Shown in pieces: positions 26,342 to 36,158 of a stretch of DNA of 64,000 nucleotides (position 1 is the stretch's first letter; every line of letters starts with the position of its first letter). The stretch covers positions 16,389-80,388 of the forward strand of contig JBFGJH010000002.1 of NCBI GenBank assembly GCA_041577335.1. The letters are read 5' to 3'. The notes beneath the pieces are model-generated. The model saw only the letters and a program-made list of their open reading frames with translations, had not been told where the DNA came from and searched no databases. This DNA comes from Acidimicrobiia bacterium (GTDB lineage Bacteria; Actinomycetota; Acidimicrobiia; Spongiisociales; JAENVV01). A program made the translations under genes and the position numbers.

Positions 26342-27279
26342 CAGTCGCGTTCTTCGTCGCGGTGGTGGTCGGCCTCATTGTGCGCCGCATCGGCCCAACG
26401 CTCGGGTATGTGGACCGGCCCGATGATCCGACCCTCAAGGTTCATACCCAGGCTGCGGTTCCGCTCGGCGGTGTTGCGGTGTTTGCGGGGCTCCACATCG
26501 GATTGGTGGTGGCCGACAGGTTCGATCTGACGCTGTTCGTGGCGACCAGCGTGCTTCTCGCGTTGGGCCTTGCCGACGACCGTCTGGGTCTCGATCCCAA
26601 GGTCCGGCTGGCCGTCGAGGCCGTTGCCGGGATCATCCTGGCGATCGGTCTGTATGAGGATGCTGGTGTCGCCGTTGCGGTGTTGGTGGCCGTATTGGTG
26701 GTTGTGTCGGTGAATGCCGTGAATCTCTTCGACGGCCTCGACGGATTGGCCGGCTCGACTGCGTTGTTGTCGGCGGCAGGTGCTTCCGTGTTCGCCGTCA
26801 TCCGGTCGGCTGGAGCTGTGCCGGCGTTGATCGTGGTCGCTGCTTTGGCAGGTTTCTTGGTGTTCAACTGGCATCCGGCCAAGCTCTTCCTCGGCGACAA
26901 CGGCGCCTACTTCGTGGGACTGACTCTCGTGGCCCTCTACGCCTTTCCGAGTGAGGGGATCCCCGCCGTCATCATCGGCACCGGGCTGTTGGGCCTGTTC
27001 CTGGTCGACCTCGTCTCGACCGTCCTCCGCCGGAGGATCGCCGGCACCCCGATGTTCTTGGGCGACCGCAGCCACATCTACGACCGAATCCACGCCCAAG
27101 GCCGGCCGGTCCCGTCGGTCGTGTTGATCGTGGCGGCAATGCACATCGTCGTGATCGGAGCAGTCCTCCTCGCCGACTGGCTCCTCGCCCCAGGCTGGGC
27201 CGCAACGGCCACGGTGATGGTGGGCGTTGCAGCGATCGCGGTCGCCACCCGGGGCGCCGGCCAGGCGACCAAGAAGTAG
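26329..27279 (+). CDS. Polyprenyl-phosphate N-acetylhexosamine-1-phosphate transferase (WecA/WbpL/MraY family)
   Basis: It is a multi-TM protein with the family motif VNAVNLFDGLDGLA and a DDxxD-like motif LADDRLGLD. Confidence 0.85.
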   Translation: MVGIAVAFFVAVVVGLIVRRIGPTLGYVDRPDDPTLKVHTQAAVPLGGVAVFAGLHIGLVVADRFDLTLFVATSVLLALGLADDRLGLDPKVRLAVEAVAGIILAIGLYEDAGVAVAVLVAVLVVVSVNAVNLFDGLDGLAGSTALLSAAGASVFAVIRSAGAVPALIVVAALAGFLVFNWHPAKLFLGDNGAYFVGLTLVALYAFPSEGIPAVIIGTGLLGLFLVDLVSTVLRRRIAGTPMFLGDRSHIYDRIHAQGRPVPSVVLIVAAMHIVVIGAVLLADWLLAPGWAATATVMVGVAAIAVATRGAGQATKK

Positions 27280-27317
27280 GGACGGTTGCTGGGGGGGAAA
27301 GATCATTGGTTTCAGCC

Positions 27318-28268
27318 CTACAGCAGCTCGAGGTCTCCCAGGCCGATGTGCCAGTTGGAAGGGTCACTGACGTCGAGGGGGAGGTCTCGCAATGGTCTGG
27401 CCACCAGGGTCAGCGCCGACACTCTCGGCACCGGCACGAGCCCGGCTCTCATGGCGAGCGCTCTCTCTTCGGTTCCCTCCGAGAACCAGCCGGCCGTATA
27501 GGCGGGCCGGAGTTGTTTGATCAGCGCCCTGGCCGCCCGGGGAGCGCCGGCGCCCACCAACTCCGACATCACCAGCTCTCGCCGGTCGCTTCGCCGGTTG
27601 AGGCGGGCGATGGCTGCGCCGCCTTCCGTGGTGGCCACGGCATACTGCCCGGTCGGATGAGCGCCGAATCTCCAGCGCAGGTAGTCCAAGGTGCGAGGGG
27701 TCCTCAGGCCGTGCCGTGTCCCTTTGCTGAACAGGTCGGCCAACTCGGAATCGATCGCGGATGGCGCATCAAGGGCGGGGACGGTATTCCATTCTGCCTT
27801 CGGCGAGGCCAGCCCCAATCCCGGACGGGCCATGATCCCGATCGGGTCAACCGACAGCCAGCCCATTTTCAAGTAGCCGGCTCCCGACTTCTCGTTGGGC
27901 GTGTTGAAGATCATGTCGACGCCGTCTTCGGTGGCGAGCTCGATGCCGGCCAGGGTCAGGTTCTTGAAGATGCCGCGTCTTTGAAAGTCCGGGTGGGTGG
28001 CTGTGTCGACCGCTCGGACGCAGCGCAGTGTTTTCCCGTCCGGCGTCACCATATCCCAGCGCATGAACGCCCGGAATCCTGCGACTTCTCCACCGGCGTC
28101 GGCGACGAGCATCACTGATCTTCCGAAAGGGTTGTCGAGATGCTTCCACGCAAACAGGTCAGGAGTTCGACCCAGGCCCGGTGGTTCTCCGAGTGCGGCC
28201 CGCATGGTGTCGAGCACGGCCTCGAGGTCGGAGTCTCGGTAGGGGCGGATCTCGATGTCGTCAGCCAC
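27318..28268 (-). CDS. GNAT family N-acetyltransferase
   Basis: The segment VRAVDTATHPDFQRRGIFKNLTLAGIELA matches the acetyl-CoA binding motifs A/B. There is extra C-terminal sequence of unknown function. Confidence 0.6.
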   Translation of the reverse strand: MADDIEIRPYRDSDLEAVLDTMRAALGEPPGLGRTPDLFAWKHLDNPFGRSVMLVADAGGEVAGFRAFMRWDMVTPDGKTLRCVRAVDTATHPDFQRRGIFKNLTLAGIELATEDGVDMIFNTPNEKSGAGYLKMGWLSVDPIGIMARPGLGLASPKAEWNTVPALDAPSAIDSELADLFSKGTRHGLRTPRTLDYLRWRFGAHPTGQYAVATTEGGAAIARLNRRSDRRELVMSELVGAGAPRAARALIKQLRPAYTAGWFSEGTEERALAMRAGLVPVPRVSALTLVARPLRDLPLDVSDPSNWHIGLGDLELL

Positions 28269-29361
28269 TGAGCAACCTTTGGTAGATGTCCTCGAATGCT
28301 TCGATCATCGGCGCCATTCCGTGGTCTCTCGCCACCGCCGCGGCAGCCGCCGCTCCGACGGTGGTCCGTAGATGGGGGTCTTCGAGAAGCCGCACGATGG
28401 CACCGGCCAAGCCGTCCGGATCGCCCGGCGCTGCCAGCAACCCGGTCTCGCCATCTTCGATGACGCTGGGTACGCCACCGACCGCGGTGGCGGCGATCGC
28501 CCGGCCCATGGCCATCGCCTCGAGGATGACCACAGGCAGCCCTTCGACGTCGGAGGGGTTCACGAACACGTCGGCCGCCGCAATGAACTCCCGAGCGTTC
28601 TCCTTGCGGCCCAGGAACCGGATGGTGTCCGTGACCCCGGCCGCCTCAGCGGCTTCTTTGAGTCGGTCGAGGTCACCGGGGTACTTCTCGCCACCGATCG
28701 ACACGACCAACGCTTGTGGTCGTTTCTCCTTCAGCACCGCCGCGGTCTCAACCAGGTTCTGATGGCCCTTGTGAGGGCGGATGTTGCCGACGGCCACGAC
28801 AAGTTCGGTGGCCTCGTCGATCGACAACTCGGCTCGGGCGGCCGACACCTCGGCCGGGTCAACGGTCACCGAGACCCCGTTGGGCACCACCGCCGCGGCT
28901 GGCCCGCCGAAGGCGGCAACCGACTCGGCCACCGCCGCCGACACAGCCGTGACTGCGGCGTTCCGGGAGTACGTCATCTTGTTCAGGGTGCGGGTTGGTT
29001 GACGATAGGAATCACCCAAGTTGTGCTCGGTGTAGACGATCGGGGCCGGCGAAACCATCCGAGCCACGACGGCGGTGGCAGGGGAGTGGGCATGCACGAT
29101 CGCAGCCTCGGTCTCTCTGATGTGCGACCGCAGCCGGATCGCCGACAGGGGATCCATGCCTCGGCTTCCGCCCAAGAAGGCGACCGGCACATTCGCCTCC
29201 TCCAGCTCCGGTACCAGCTGGTTCTTCCACGGCACGAAGTACGCCACGCGATAGTCGAAGGTGTCGCGGTCCCAGAACGGGATCGCCTCACTGATCAGGC
29301 GTTCGGCGCCGCCGATTCCCAGGCCTTTGATGATGACCAGGATGACCGGCCGCGCTGGCAT
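28261..29361 (-). CDS. Glycosyltransferase family 4
   Basis: FVNPSDVEGLPVVILEAMAMGRAIAAT is a GT4 E-x7-E motif. The N-terminus is GT4-type (ILVIIKGLGIGGAERL). Confidence 0.8.
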   Translation of the reverse strand: MPARPVILVIIKGLGIGGAERLISEAIPFWDRDTFDYRVAYFVPWKNQLVPELEEANVPVAFLGGSRGMDPLSAIRLRSHIRETEAAIVHAHSPATAVVARMVSPAPIVYTEHNLGDSYRQPTRTLNKMTYSRNAAVTAVSAAVAESVAAFGGPAAAVVPNGVSVTVDPAEVSAARAELSIDEATELVVAVGNIRPHKGHQNLVETAAVLKEKRPQALVVSIGGEKYPGDLDRLKEAAEAAGVTDTIRFLGRKENAREFIAAADVFVNPSDVEGLPVVILEAMAMGRAIAATAVGGVPSVIEDGETGLLAAPGDPDGLAGAIVRLLEDPHLRTTVGAAAAAAVARDHGMAPMIEAFEDIYQRLLSG

Positions 29362-29371
29362 GCGTTGTTCC

Positions 29372-30256
29372 TCAGCCGGAGGCTTCGACAGAGTCCATCA
29401 GTTCCGCCAGACCCTCGTCGAAGGGGGTCTCGGCCTTCCAACCCAACAGTTCCTCTGCCTTGGCGGCGGATACAGCCGCGGGAGGCACGTCTCCGGGCCG
29501 CGGCGGCCCAAATGTGAGCTCGGTGGGGAAGCGGGCGACGACCAACTCGGCCAGCTCTTTGATCGAGACCGCTTCCGGTGCGACCGTGTTCAAGGCAACT
29601 TCTCGAAGATCGGAGCGGCACGCCATCGAGAATGCACGGGCAATGTCGCGGGCGTGGGTGAACTGCCGTGACTGTGCGCCATCTCCTTGGATGGTGATCG
29701 GTTCACTAGCACGGGCTCGGTCGATGAAGATCCGGAACACCGAGTTGGCTCGCAGGCCGACGCCGTATGCGGTGCCAAGACGAAGTGCCATCGTGGGTAC
29801 GTCGTGGAGGCGGTCGGCGGCGAACAGCATGCTCTCGCCGGCCAGCTTGGTGATGTTGTAGGGGTGGTCTGGGTTGGTGGGGTGGGTCTCGTCGAGCGGC
29901 TGATACTCCGGCTCGCCGTAGACCTCCCATGTCGATGCGTACACCACCCGCGCCCCAGCCTTGGCGGCCGCGACAGCGATGTTGGCGGTGCCGGTCACGT
30001 TGACGGATGCAGCGAGCGCCGGCTCGTTGCCTGCCAGGTAGACGTCTCCTATGGCGCCGATGTGGCAGACGACGTCGACTTCTGCGACGGCTTTGTTGAC
30101 GTCGGCGGCGTCGGTGAGATCTCCGACGATGGACCGTACTCCCGGAATATCGACTTCCTGCAGGTCGAATGCGGCGACGTCGAAGCCATCGGCGATGAGC
30201 CGATCGATGACGTGCGGACCGATGAAACCGGCCGCGCCGGTAACAAGTGCTTTCAA
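29372..30256 (-). CDS. NAD-dependent epimerase/dehydratase (SDR, UDP-sugar 4-epimerase-like)
   Basis: It has the Rossmann motif LVTGAAGFIG and a YxxxK region. The likely start is TTG (MKALVTG), preceded by the RBS gggaggg. The six-frame ORF extends to 30361. Confidence 0.75.
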   Translation of the reverse strand: MKALVTGAAGFIGPHVIDRLIADGFDVAAFDLQEVDIPGVRSIVGDLTDAADVNKAVAEVDVVCHIGAIGDVYLAGNEPALAASVNVTGTANIAVAAAKAGARVVYASTWEVYGEPEYQPLDETHPTNPDHPYNITKLAGESMLFAADRLHDVPTMALRLGTAYGVGLRANSVFRIFIDRARASEPITIQGDGAQSRQFTHARDIARAFSMACRSDLREVALNTVAPEAVSIKELAELVVARFPTELTFGPPRPGDVPPAAVSAAKAEELLGWKAETPFDEGLAELMDSVEASG

Positions 30257-30743
30257 GATTCCCTCCCTTATTGGGGTGAACGATATCAGTGACCCCAAAG
30301 GGTGAGCAAGACCTCGGTGCAGATATGGGCCGGGAGCCTCATCCGGCCGGCCCAGATCCAACGAACGGGCGGCGGCGAGGCCTCCCGTCCTCTCTTCTGC
30401 AACAGAAGGGCTAGATGCTGAAGAGTGGCATTGCCGGCTCGCCGACGAAGTCGGGAAGTGCGGTTGCGCCCGTCAGGTTGCGCCGCGATATTGGCGCGAT
30501 AGCTGATCCGTCAGGTGCTCGTACGTTCAACGCAAGTCGGGAGAGGTGGTGATTTCACGCCACGGACGGGTTGCGACGACCTTGCTCGGCCAGGAGGCTG
30601 CCCGATACATCGCCAATGTCAGCGAGACCAACGCTCAGGGCCTCATGGCTCGGCTCACCGGCAATACAAACGCAGCAACGAGAGGTGAGCACTCCGGCTT
30701 TGACGTAGCTTTGCCGTGTGGCGTACCATTGCTGCGCAAGCGA

Positions 30744-30817
<74 letters not shown>

Positions 30818-30825
30818 CGAATCGA

Positions 30826-30862
30826 GAATCCCGAGCCTGATGGTTCGGGATTTCTCTTTTTT
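30826..30862 (+). terminator. Rho-independent terminator after tRNA
   Basis: The stem gaatcccg / cgggatt (with one bulge) has a 12-nt loop and is followed by ctcttttttcgg. Confidence 0.6.
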
Positions 30863-31107
30863 CGGTTGCGGAATCGAATAGAAGAAACGGCGTGCGTCCC
30901 TGAATGCCTCACGGCCGGTGAGCGCCTTTCGGGGTCTGTGTTACCGATCTAGCTGCCGCCACTGGGTGTTCCTGAGCACGTCGTGTGATCCACCTCGCTT
31001 ACGATGTCGTGGATGGGACTTCCCGATGATCGCTGGGCTCCGCCGACGCGGGCCGCACCCGTAGTCTGGGGCGCTACGGCAAGTCGAGCGGAGCGTGGTG
31101 TGAGTTC

Positions 31108-33006
31108 GTGAGCGGCTCGGAGAAGCTTCGATCGGCTGCGGCCGATGCCCTGCCGATCATGCGATGGCTTCCACAGTATGACCGAAGCCGTCTGCGGAGG
31201 GATGTCCTCGCCGGTGCGATCGTCGCTGCGCTCCTCATTCCGCAGTCGCTCGGGTACGCACGCATTGCGGGCGTCCCGGTGGAGGTCGGCCTGTATGCCG
31301 TGCCTCTCGCGTTACTCGCGTACGCAGTCCTGGGCTCGTCGCCCCAGCTCATCGTCGGTCCCGCCTCGACAGTTGCCATCGTCTCGGGATCGCTCGTCCT
31401 CGAGATTGCACGAGACAACCCCGAGGACACCGTTGCCATCACAGCCGGGCTCGCGATCACGGCCGGCATCATCTTGATGGCCGTGGGACTGCTGAGGATG
31501 GGTTGGATCGCCGAGTTCCTCTCGAAACCGATCGTGACGGGATTCGTATTCGGCCTCACGCTCACGATCGTCATCGGCGAGCTACCTACCCTGTTGGGAA
31601 TACCGAAGCCACCGGGTGACCTCATTGGTGTCTTCGTCCGCACACTGGCGAGGCTCGGCGACACCAGCACCGCCACCGCCCTCGTCGGCGCCACGGCTCT
31701 GGTCATCCTGCTCGGTGGCCGGCGCTTGAACCGACGCGTCCCGTGGGGCTTGTTGACGGTCGTCGGCGCAGTGGTGGCATCGACCGCGCTCGATCTCGCA
31801 GCGTTGGGGGTTGCGACGATCGGCGAGGTGCCGGCGGGATTGCCTCCGCTCGGCCTGCCGCTGATACCGCGCCACGACCTCGCAGCTGTGGCTGTCGGCG
31901 GTGCGTCCCTTGCGCTCGTCGCGATGGCCGAAGGCCTTGCGGCAACCCGCCTCTTCGCGAGCCGCGGAGGATATCGGGTGGAAACGGGGCGTGAATTGGT
32001 CGGGATGGGCGCAGCCAATGTCGGCGCCGGTATGTTTGGTGGGTTGAGTGTGGCGGGAAGCCTCTCCAAGACGGCGGCTGCCGACAGTGCCGGGAGCCAC
32101 AGCCAGGTAACGGGCCTGGCAGCGGCCGGTCTGGTCGTCATCGTGCTGCTCGCATTCACGTGGGTCTTCGAGGAGCTCCCCCAGGCGGTCCTCAGCGCGG
32201 TCGTCATCGCTGCCGTCTGGGGGCTCATGGATGTCGCGGCCCTCCGTCGTTATCGCAGGGTCCGACGGGCAGACTTCGTCGCCGCGATCGTTGCCATCGC
32301 GGGCGTCGTGTTTCTTGGACCCCTCCCCGGTCTGGGAGTCGCCATCGTGACTTCGCTGCTGGCGATCATCTATCGATCGAGCGCACCGCGAATGGAAGTA
32401 CTCGGCAAGATTGGCGAAGAGAAGGCGGCGTGGGGCCGCTTGCGCAGCCACACGCGCCGCAAGACGGTTCCTGGGGTCGTCGTCATCCGCCTCGACGTGC
32501 CCCTGTTCTGGGTAAATGCGACCGAGATCGAGGATCGCTTGCTCGCCGAACTCGACAAGTGGCCCGACACACGCGCTCTCGTGCTCGATCTCGAGGCGAC
32601 CTCACAGCTCGACACGACGAGTGTTGACATGCTCGAGCATCTCCACGCAGAACTGGCGGCGGCGGACATCAGGCTTTACCTGGCCCGTGTGATTCACCGG
32701 GTCTCCGATGTCCTCGACCGATCCGGCTTCCTCGACACGCTCGGCGACGAACACATATGGCACAGCATTTCGCAATGCGTCCGCGCCGCCCGGCGCGCGA
32801 CCGGCCTCAAGGGGGGCGCAGCCGGGGGATCCGAGGCACGCAGTGACAGCCCGGAGACTCCGGCCGGACCCGCCAATGGCGAGGACGCGATCGACGTTCT
32901 CGAGGAAGAGGCCGAGACCCAGGTGCTCGATGATGAAGATGACGAAGAAGCTCCTGAAGTTCGCCGGTGGCCCTGGCAGCTCCCCCGGGGGCGAGAACCG
33001 CGGTGA
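31108..33006 (+). CDS. SulP family sulfate permease with C-terminal STAS domain
   Basis: The N-terminal SulP signature is LPQYDRSRLRRDVLAGAIVAALLIPQSLGYARIAG. Many TM helices are present. The C-terminal STAS-like region (VVIRLDVPLFWVNATEIEDRL) is followed by an acidic tail. Confidence 0.85.
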   Translation: MSGSEKLRSAAADALPIMRWLPQYDRSRLRRDVLAGAIVAALLIPQSLGYARIAGVPVEVGLYAVPLALLAYAVLGSSPQLIVGPASTVAIVSGSLVLEIARDNPEDTVAITAGLAITAGIILMAVGLLRMGWIAEFLSKPIVTGFVFGLTLTIVIGELPTLLGIPKPPGDLIGVFVRTLARLGDTSTATALVGATALVILLGGRRLNRRVPWGLLTVVGAVVASTALDLAALGVATIGEVPAGLPPLGLPLIPRHDLAAVAVGGASLALVAMAEGLAATRLFASRGGYRVETGRELVGMGAANVGAGMFGGLSVAGSLSKTAAADSAGSHSQVTGLAAAGLVVIVLLAFTWVFEELPQAVLSAVVIAAVWGLMDVAALRRYRRVRRADFVAAIVAIAGVVFLGPLPGLGVAIVTSLLAIIYRSSAPRMEVLGKIGEEKAAWGRLRSHTRRKTVPGVVVIRLDVPLFWVNATEIEDRLLAELDKWPDTRALVLDLEATSQLDTTSVDMLEHLHAELAAADIRLYLARVIHRVSDVLDRSGFLDTLGDEHIWHSISQCVRAARRATGLKGGAAGGSEARSDSPETPAGPANGEDAIDVLEEEAETQVLDDEDDEEAPEVRRWPWQLPRGREPR

Positions 33007-33248
33007 GGAGCCGGTGACCCTGGGTACCGAGACCACGGGTACACCTCGTCGAAAACGCGACCTGAGGTGCAAACCATGCCAGGACGCACGGAAGCCAGGA
33101 CTTTCGTCGAACGGACTTGGCTGCTGGGCCGACGAACTTGTGCGATCAACGGTCGGGATCTCGGCCGGACTGGATCAATGGTCGCCGCCGTCGGCGATCC
33201 CATCTCCCGACACTTCGCCTGCCTGATCTGGCGATCCTTCGCGGTCGG

Positions 33249-33376
33249 TTTTGGGGGCCCTCGAGCCCCAGCCCAGTTCGCTGGCGGGGACCATCAAGTC
33301 CTCCATTGGCGGGGTGGTTTTCGGGGCCCTCGAACCCCAGCCAAGTTCAGTGGCGCCTACCGCCAAGTCGTCTACT
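33249..33376. repeat. Imperfect tandem direct repeat (~64 bp x2, ~75% identity) in non-coding region
   Basis: The first copy is ttttgggggccctcgagccccagcccagttcgctggcgggg... and the second is ttttcggggccctcgaaccccagccaagttcagtggcgcc... Confidence 0.5.
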
Positions 33377-33515
33377 GGCACGTTCTTGCCCCTGCTGGCA
33401 AAGGTATCGGTCAACCAGAACTTGAGCGACTTCCAGAACTTCCTCATGTTCCAACGATACCGACCAGGGCGATATCCTGGGGCGGAGCCAGTCTTCGAAG
33501 ATACCTGCCGTGGAC

Positions 33516-33710
33516 CTAGGCGACCTCCTCGACGACGAGGGATGTGGGATCGATGCGAAGATCCCACCACCGGTAGGCGAAGGCTCCGGCGACGAGAACG
33601 ACCGCTGCCGCCGAGAATGCCACCACGTAGTCGAACCCGTCGATGAGGAAGCCGACGGCTGGTGCCCCAACGAGAAGCGCAACGTCGAAGATCGAGGTGA
33701 ACGTGGCCAT
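33516..33710 (-). pseudogene. Possible C-terminal remnant of an MFS-type transporter
   Basis: The 64-aa hydrophobic ORF (FTSIFDVALLVGAPAVGFLIDGF...VLVAGAFAY) resembles the last two TM helices of an MFS protein. There is no room upstream for the rest of the gene. Confidence 0.25.
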
Positions 33711-33848
33711 CGCCGAGCCACGCTCTGCCCCCGGGTCGCACCAAACCGGTTGGTCGACATCAGGCCGGGCACGCTAGTGATAGGCGTCCCGTGAGGCGGT
33801 GGAATTGCGGAGCCGATCCTCCGATCGCTGCTTGTCGGGACAACTGTG

Positions 33849-34529
33849 TCAGGCGCGCGACCGCATCTGGCTCTTCGGTGGTCTCGAGATGTCTCTGAGT
33901 GGTTCGACGGGGCTGTCGACTGGCATTTGGCTGATTTTTTCGATGGCCTTCTTATTCTTCTCTTCGGACGGTGCGAGATCGTCCCACGTCTCGACCTCCG
34001 CCAGGGTGCGGTCGACCCAGGCTTCGACCGTTTTCAAGTGGCTCACGAAGAAGTCGACGGGCAGGGCTCTGATGTAGGCCTGGTCTTGGGTTGGGTTGAT
34101 GCCATCGATGAACTCTTGTTTCACCTCGCCGGCGAACTTGAGCATCTCTTGCGCGTCGGCGTGGACCTGTCTGAGCGTGTTGACGAGCTCGTCTTTGGTT
34201 CCGAGGGGAGCGACGAAGATGCGCAGTATCGCTTCGAACTCCATCGAAAACGGGGCGACGGGACTTCCCAGCCATTCGCGTAACGCTTCCCTGCCGGCTT
34301 CGGTGATCGAGTAGACGGTTCGGGCTCTCTTGCCGGTGTATTCCTTGTTGCCTTCGATGAGTCCCATCGAGGCAAGCCGTTTGGCTTCTCGGTAGATGGC
34401 GCTCTCGGCGGCCGGCCAGACGTATCGGAGGTAGCGAACTCGTTGCTGAGCCAGCTCATAGGTGGACCATGGTCGCACCCCTACTTGAGTGAGCACCGCG
34501 TACGAGGTGGTCGTCAATTGATCTTTCAT
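33849..34529 (-). CDS. PadR family transcriptional regulator
   Basis: The PadR winged-helix signature is YAVLTQVGVRPWSTYELAQQ...YREAKRLASMGLIEG...RTVYSITEAGREAL. A C-terminal extension is present. Confidence 0.85.
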   Translation of the reverse strand: MKDQLTTTSYAVLTQVGVRPWSTYELAQQRVRYLRYVWPAAESAIYREAKRLASMGLIEGNKEYTGKRARTVYSITEAGREALREWLGSPVAPFSMEFEAILRIFVAPLGTKDELVNTLRQVHADAQEMLKFAGEVKQEFIDGINPTQDQAYIRALPVDFFVSHLKTVEAWVDRTLAEVETWDDLAPSEEKNKKAIEKISQMPVDSPVEPLRDISRPPKSQMRSRA

Positions 34530-34538
34530 TTTTGCCTC

Positions 34539-34584
34539 TTGACTTACTCCAAATGAGAGTATATGTTTACTCCAACTTGGAGTA
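34539..34584 (+). promoter_or_regulatory. Divergent promoter/operator: -35 TTGACT (34539-44), 17-bp spacer containing palindrome TACTC-N7-GAGTA, -10 TATGTT (34562-67), then perfect palindrome TACTCCAA-C-TTGGAGTA (34568-84); RBS aaggagg at 34607-13
   Basis: All elements are directly visible in the sequence. They lie between a PadR gene and the gene it probably regulates. Confidence 0.65.
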
Positions 34585-34621
34585 TAGTCGATTCAAGCGC
34601 TGATAAGAAGGAGGCAAGGCC

Positions 34622-35773
34622 ATGGCTGATGGAAGCGGAAGCAAGAATGTGGGGACTCTCGTCATCGGGGGCGGTCAAGCCGGGCTTTCCATGGCGTATC
34701 GCCTCTCCCAACGTGGGCTGCCATATGCGATCGTCGACGCCAACGACCGGATCGGCGATGCCTGGCGCAATCGGTGGGACTCGTTGCGGCTGTTCACTCC
34801 GAGCCGACTCGACGGGCTCCCCGGCATGCCATTCCCCGGATACCACTGGGGGTTTCCGAGCAAAGACGAGTTCGCTGACTACCTGGAGTCCTACGCCGAA
34901 CGTTTCGACATCGACGTGAAGACTGGGGTCAGGGTGGATAAACTGTTCAGAGATGGTGACGTCTTCGTGGCAATCGCCGGAGATCGACGGTTTGAGGCCG
35001 ACAACGTGGTGGTTGCGATGTCGAGCTGGCAGAAACCTCGGATGCCGGAGTTCGCCAATGATCTCGACCCAAGCATCGTTCAGCTTCACGTCGCCGACTA
35101 TCGCAACCCCAGCCAGCTCCAGGAGGGACCCGTCCTCGTAGTGGGAGCCGGGAACTCCGGAGCAGAAGTCGCCAAGGAACTGGCGAGAACTCACGACGTC
35201 TGGTTGTCTGGTCCCAGCACTGGAAAGCTCCCATTCCGCCCCGAAAGCGTGGCGGCTCGAGTGCTCATGCCGTTCGTTGGACGGGTCATCTTTCACCGAG
35301 TGCTGACCACCAGTACGCCCATAGGACGAAAGGCCCGGCCCAAGATGGTGTCCACCGGCGAGCCCCTGATCAGGGTCAAACCCAAAGACTTGGAGGAAGG
35401 CGGCGTGGAACGCGTTCCCAGGGTCACCGGGGTCCAGCACGGACAACCTCACCTCGAGGACGGCCGTCGTCTCGATCCGGCCAATCTTGTCTGGTGCACC
35501 GGATTCAAGCCAGAGTTCTCATGGATCGATCTTCCAGAGGTGGATCGAGAGAATCCCGAACCGAACCACGATCGGGGCGCCGTGGAGGGGGTTCCTGGGC
35601 TCTACTTCCTCGGCCTCAAATTCCTCCACTCGGTCTCATCGGAACAAATCCACGGTGTCGGTCGGGATGCAGCTCACATCGCCGAGGCGATCGGGGCCAG
35701 GAATACGAAAGACAGGCCTGGCCTCCAAGCAGCCAATCCAAAACTGGAGGCGGCCCGGCCGGGCCGCAACTAG
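34622..35773 (+). CDS. Flavin-containing monooxygenase / FAD-NAD(P)-binding oxidoreductase (CzcO-like)
   Basis: It has the FAD motif GGGQAGLSMAY and a second Rossmann motif VVGAGNSGAEVA. It is divergent from the PadR gene. Confidence 0.75.
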   Translation: MADGSGSKNVGTLVIGGGQAGLSMAYRLSQRGLPYAIVDANDRIGDAWRNRWDSLRLFTPSRLDGLPGMPFPGYHWGFPSKDEFADYLESYAERFDIDVKTGVRVDKLFRDGDVFVAIAGDRRFEADNVVVAMSSWQKPRMPEFANDLDPSIVQLHVADYRNPSQLQEGPVLVVGAGNSGAEVAKELARTHDVWLSGPSTGKLPFRPESVAARVLMPFVGRVIFHRVLTTSTPIGRKARPKMVSTGEPLIRVKPKDLEEGGVERVPRVTGVQHGQPHLEDGRRLDPANLVWCTGFKPEFSWIDLPEVDRENPEPNHDRGAVEGVPGLYFLGLKFLHSVSSEQIHGVGRDAAHIAEAIGARNTKDRPGLQAANPKLEAARPGRN

Positions 35774-35836
35774 AGAATCGGTGGCAGGCCAGGTGCCCGA
35801 ACCCGACTGCTGACTCGATCGATTCACCCATCAAAC

Positions 35837-36121
35837 ATGCCTTCACTCATCACTTTTGCCATGGCAGTGAGCAGCGTCAGTCTGTGGACGCTGCGCGTGG
35901 CCCTCACAGCCCGGGGCAGCCGCGCGCTCGGTTCGACGATCGCCGCCACCGAGGCCGTGGTCTTCGTTCTGGCGTTCTCCCACGTCACCGGGTCGCTCGA
36001 TGCGCCCATCCAGATCTCCATCTACGGAGGCGGCGTCGGGTTCGGCACCTACCTTGGCCTGATGATTGACCGCACGATGAGAAAGCGCGTCGACCAGCCG
36101 ACCGAGGCTTCGATTTCGTGA
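35837..36121 (+). CDS. Small membrane protein, function unknown
   Basis: It is 94 aa with two or three hydrophobic helices. Confidence 0.35.
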   Translation: MPSLITFAMAVSSVSLWTLRVALTARGSRALGSTIAATEAVVFVLAFSHVTGSLDAPIQISIYGGGVGFGTYLGLMIDRTMRKRVDQPTEASIS

Positions 36122-36158
36122 TAGGCGGGCCGAGCTCTAGCGTCGTGGTCTTCGACGT

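Noticed and set aside
33067-33519. A 150-aa plus-strand ORF with an internal protein-level repeat
   Set aside because: The repeat is the DNA tandem repeat read in frame. The composition is Arg/Gly/Pro-rich, there is no RBS, and the region is more likely non-coding.
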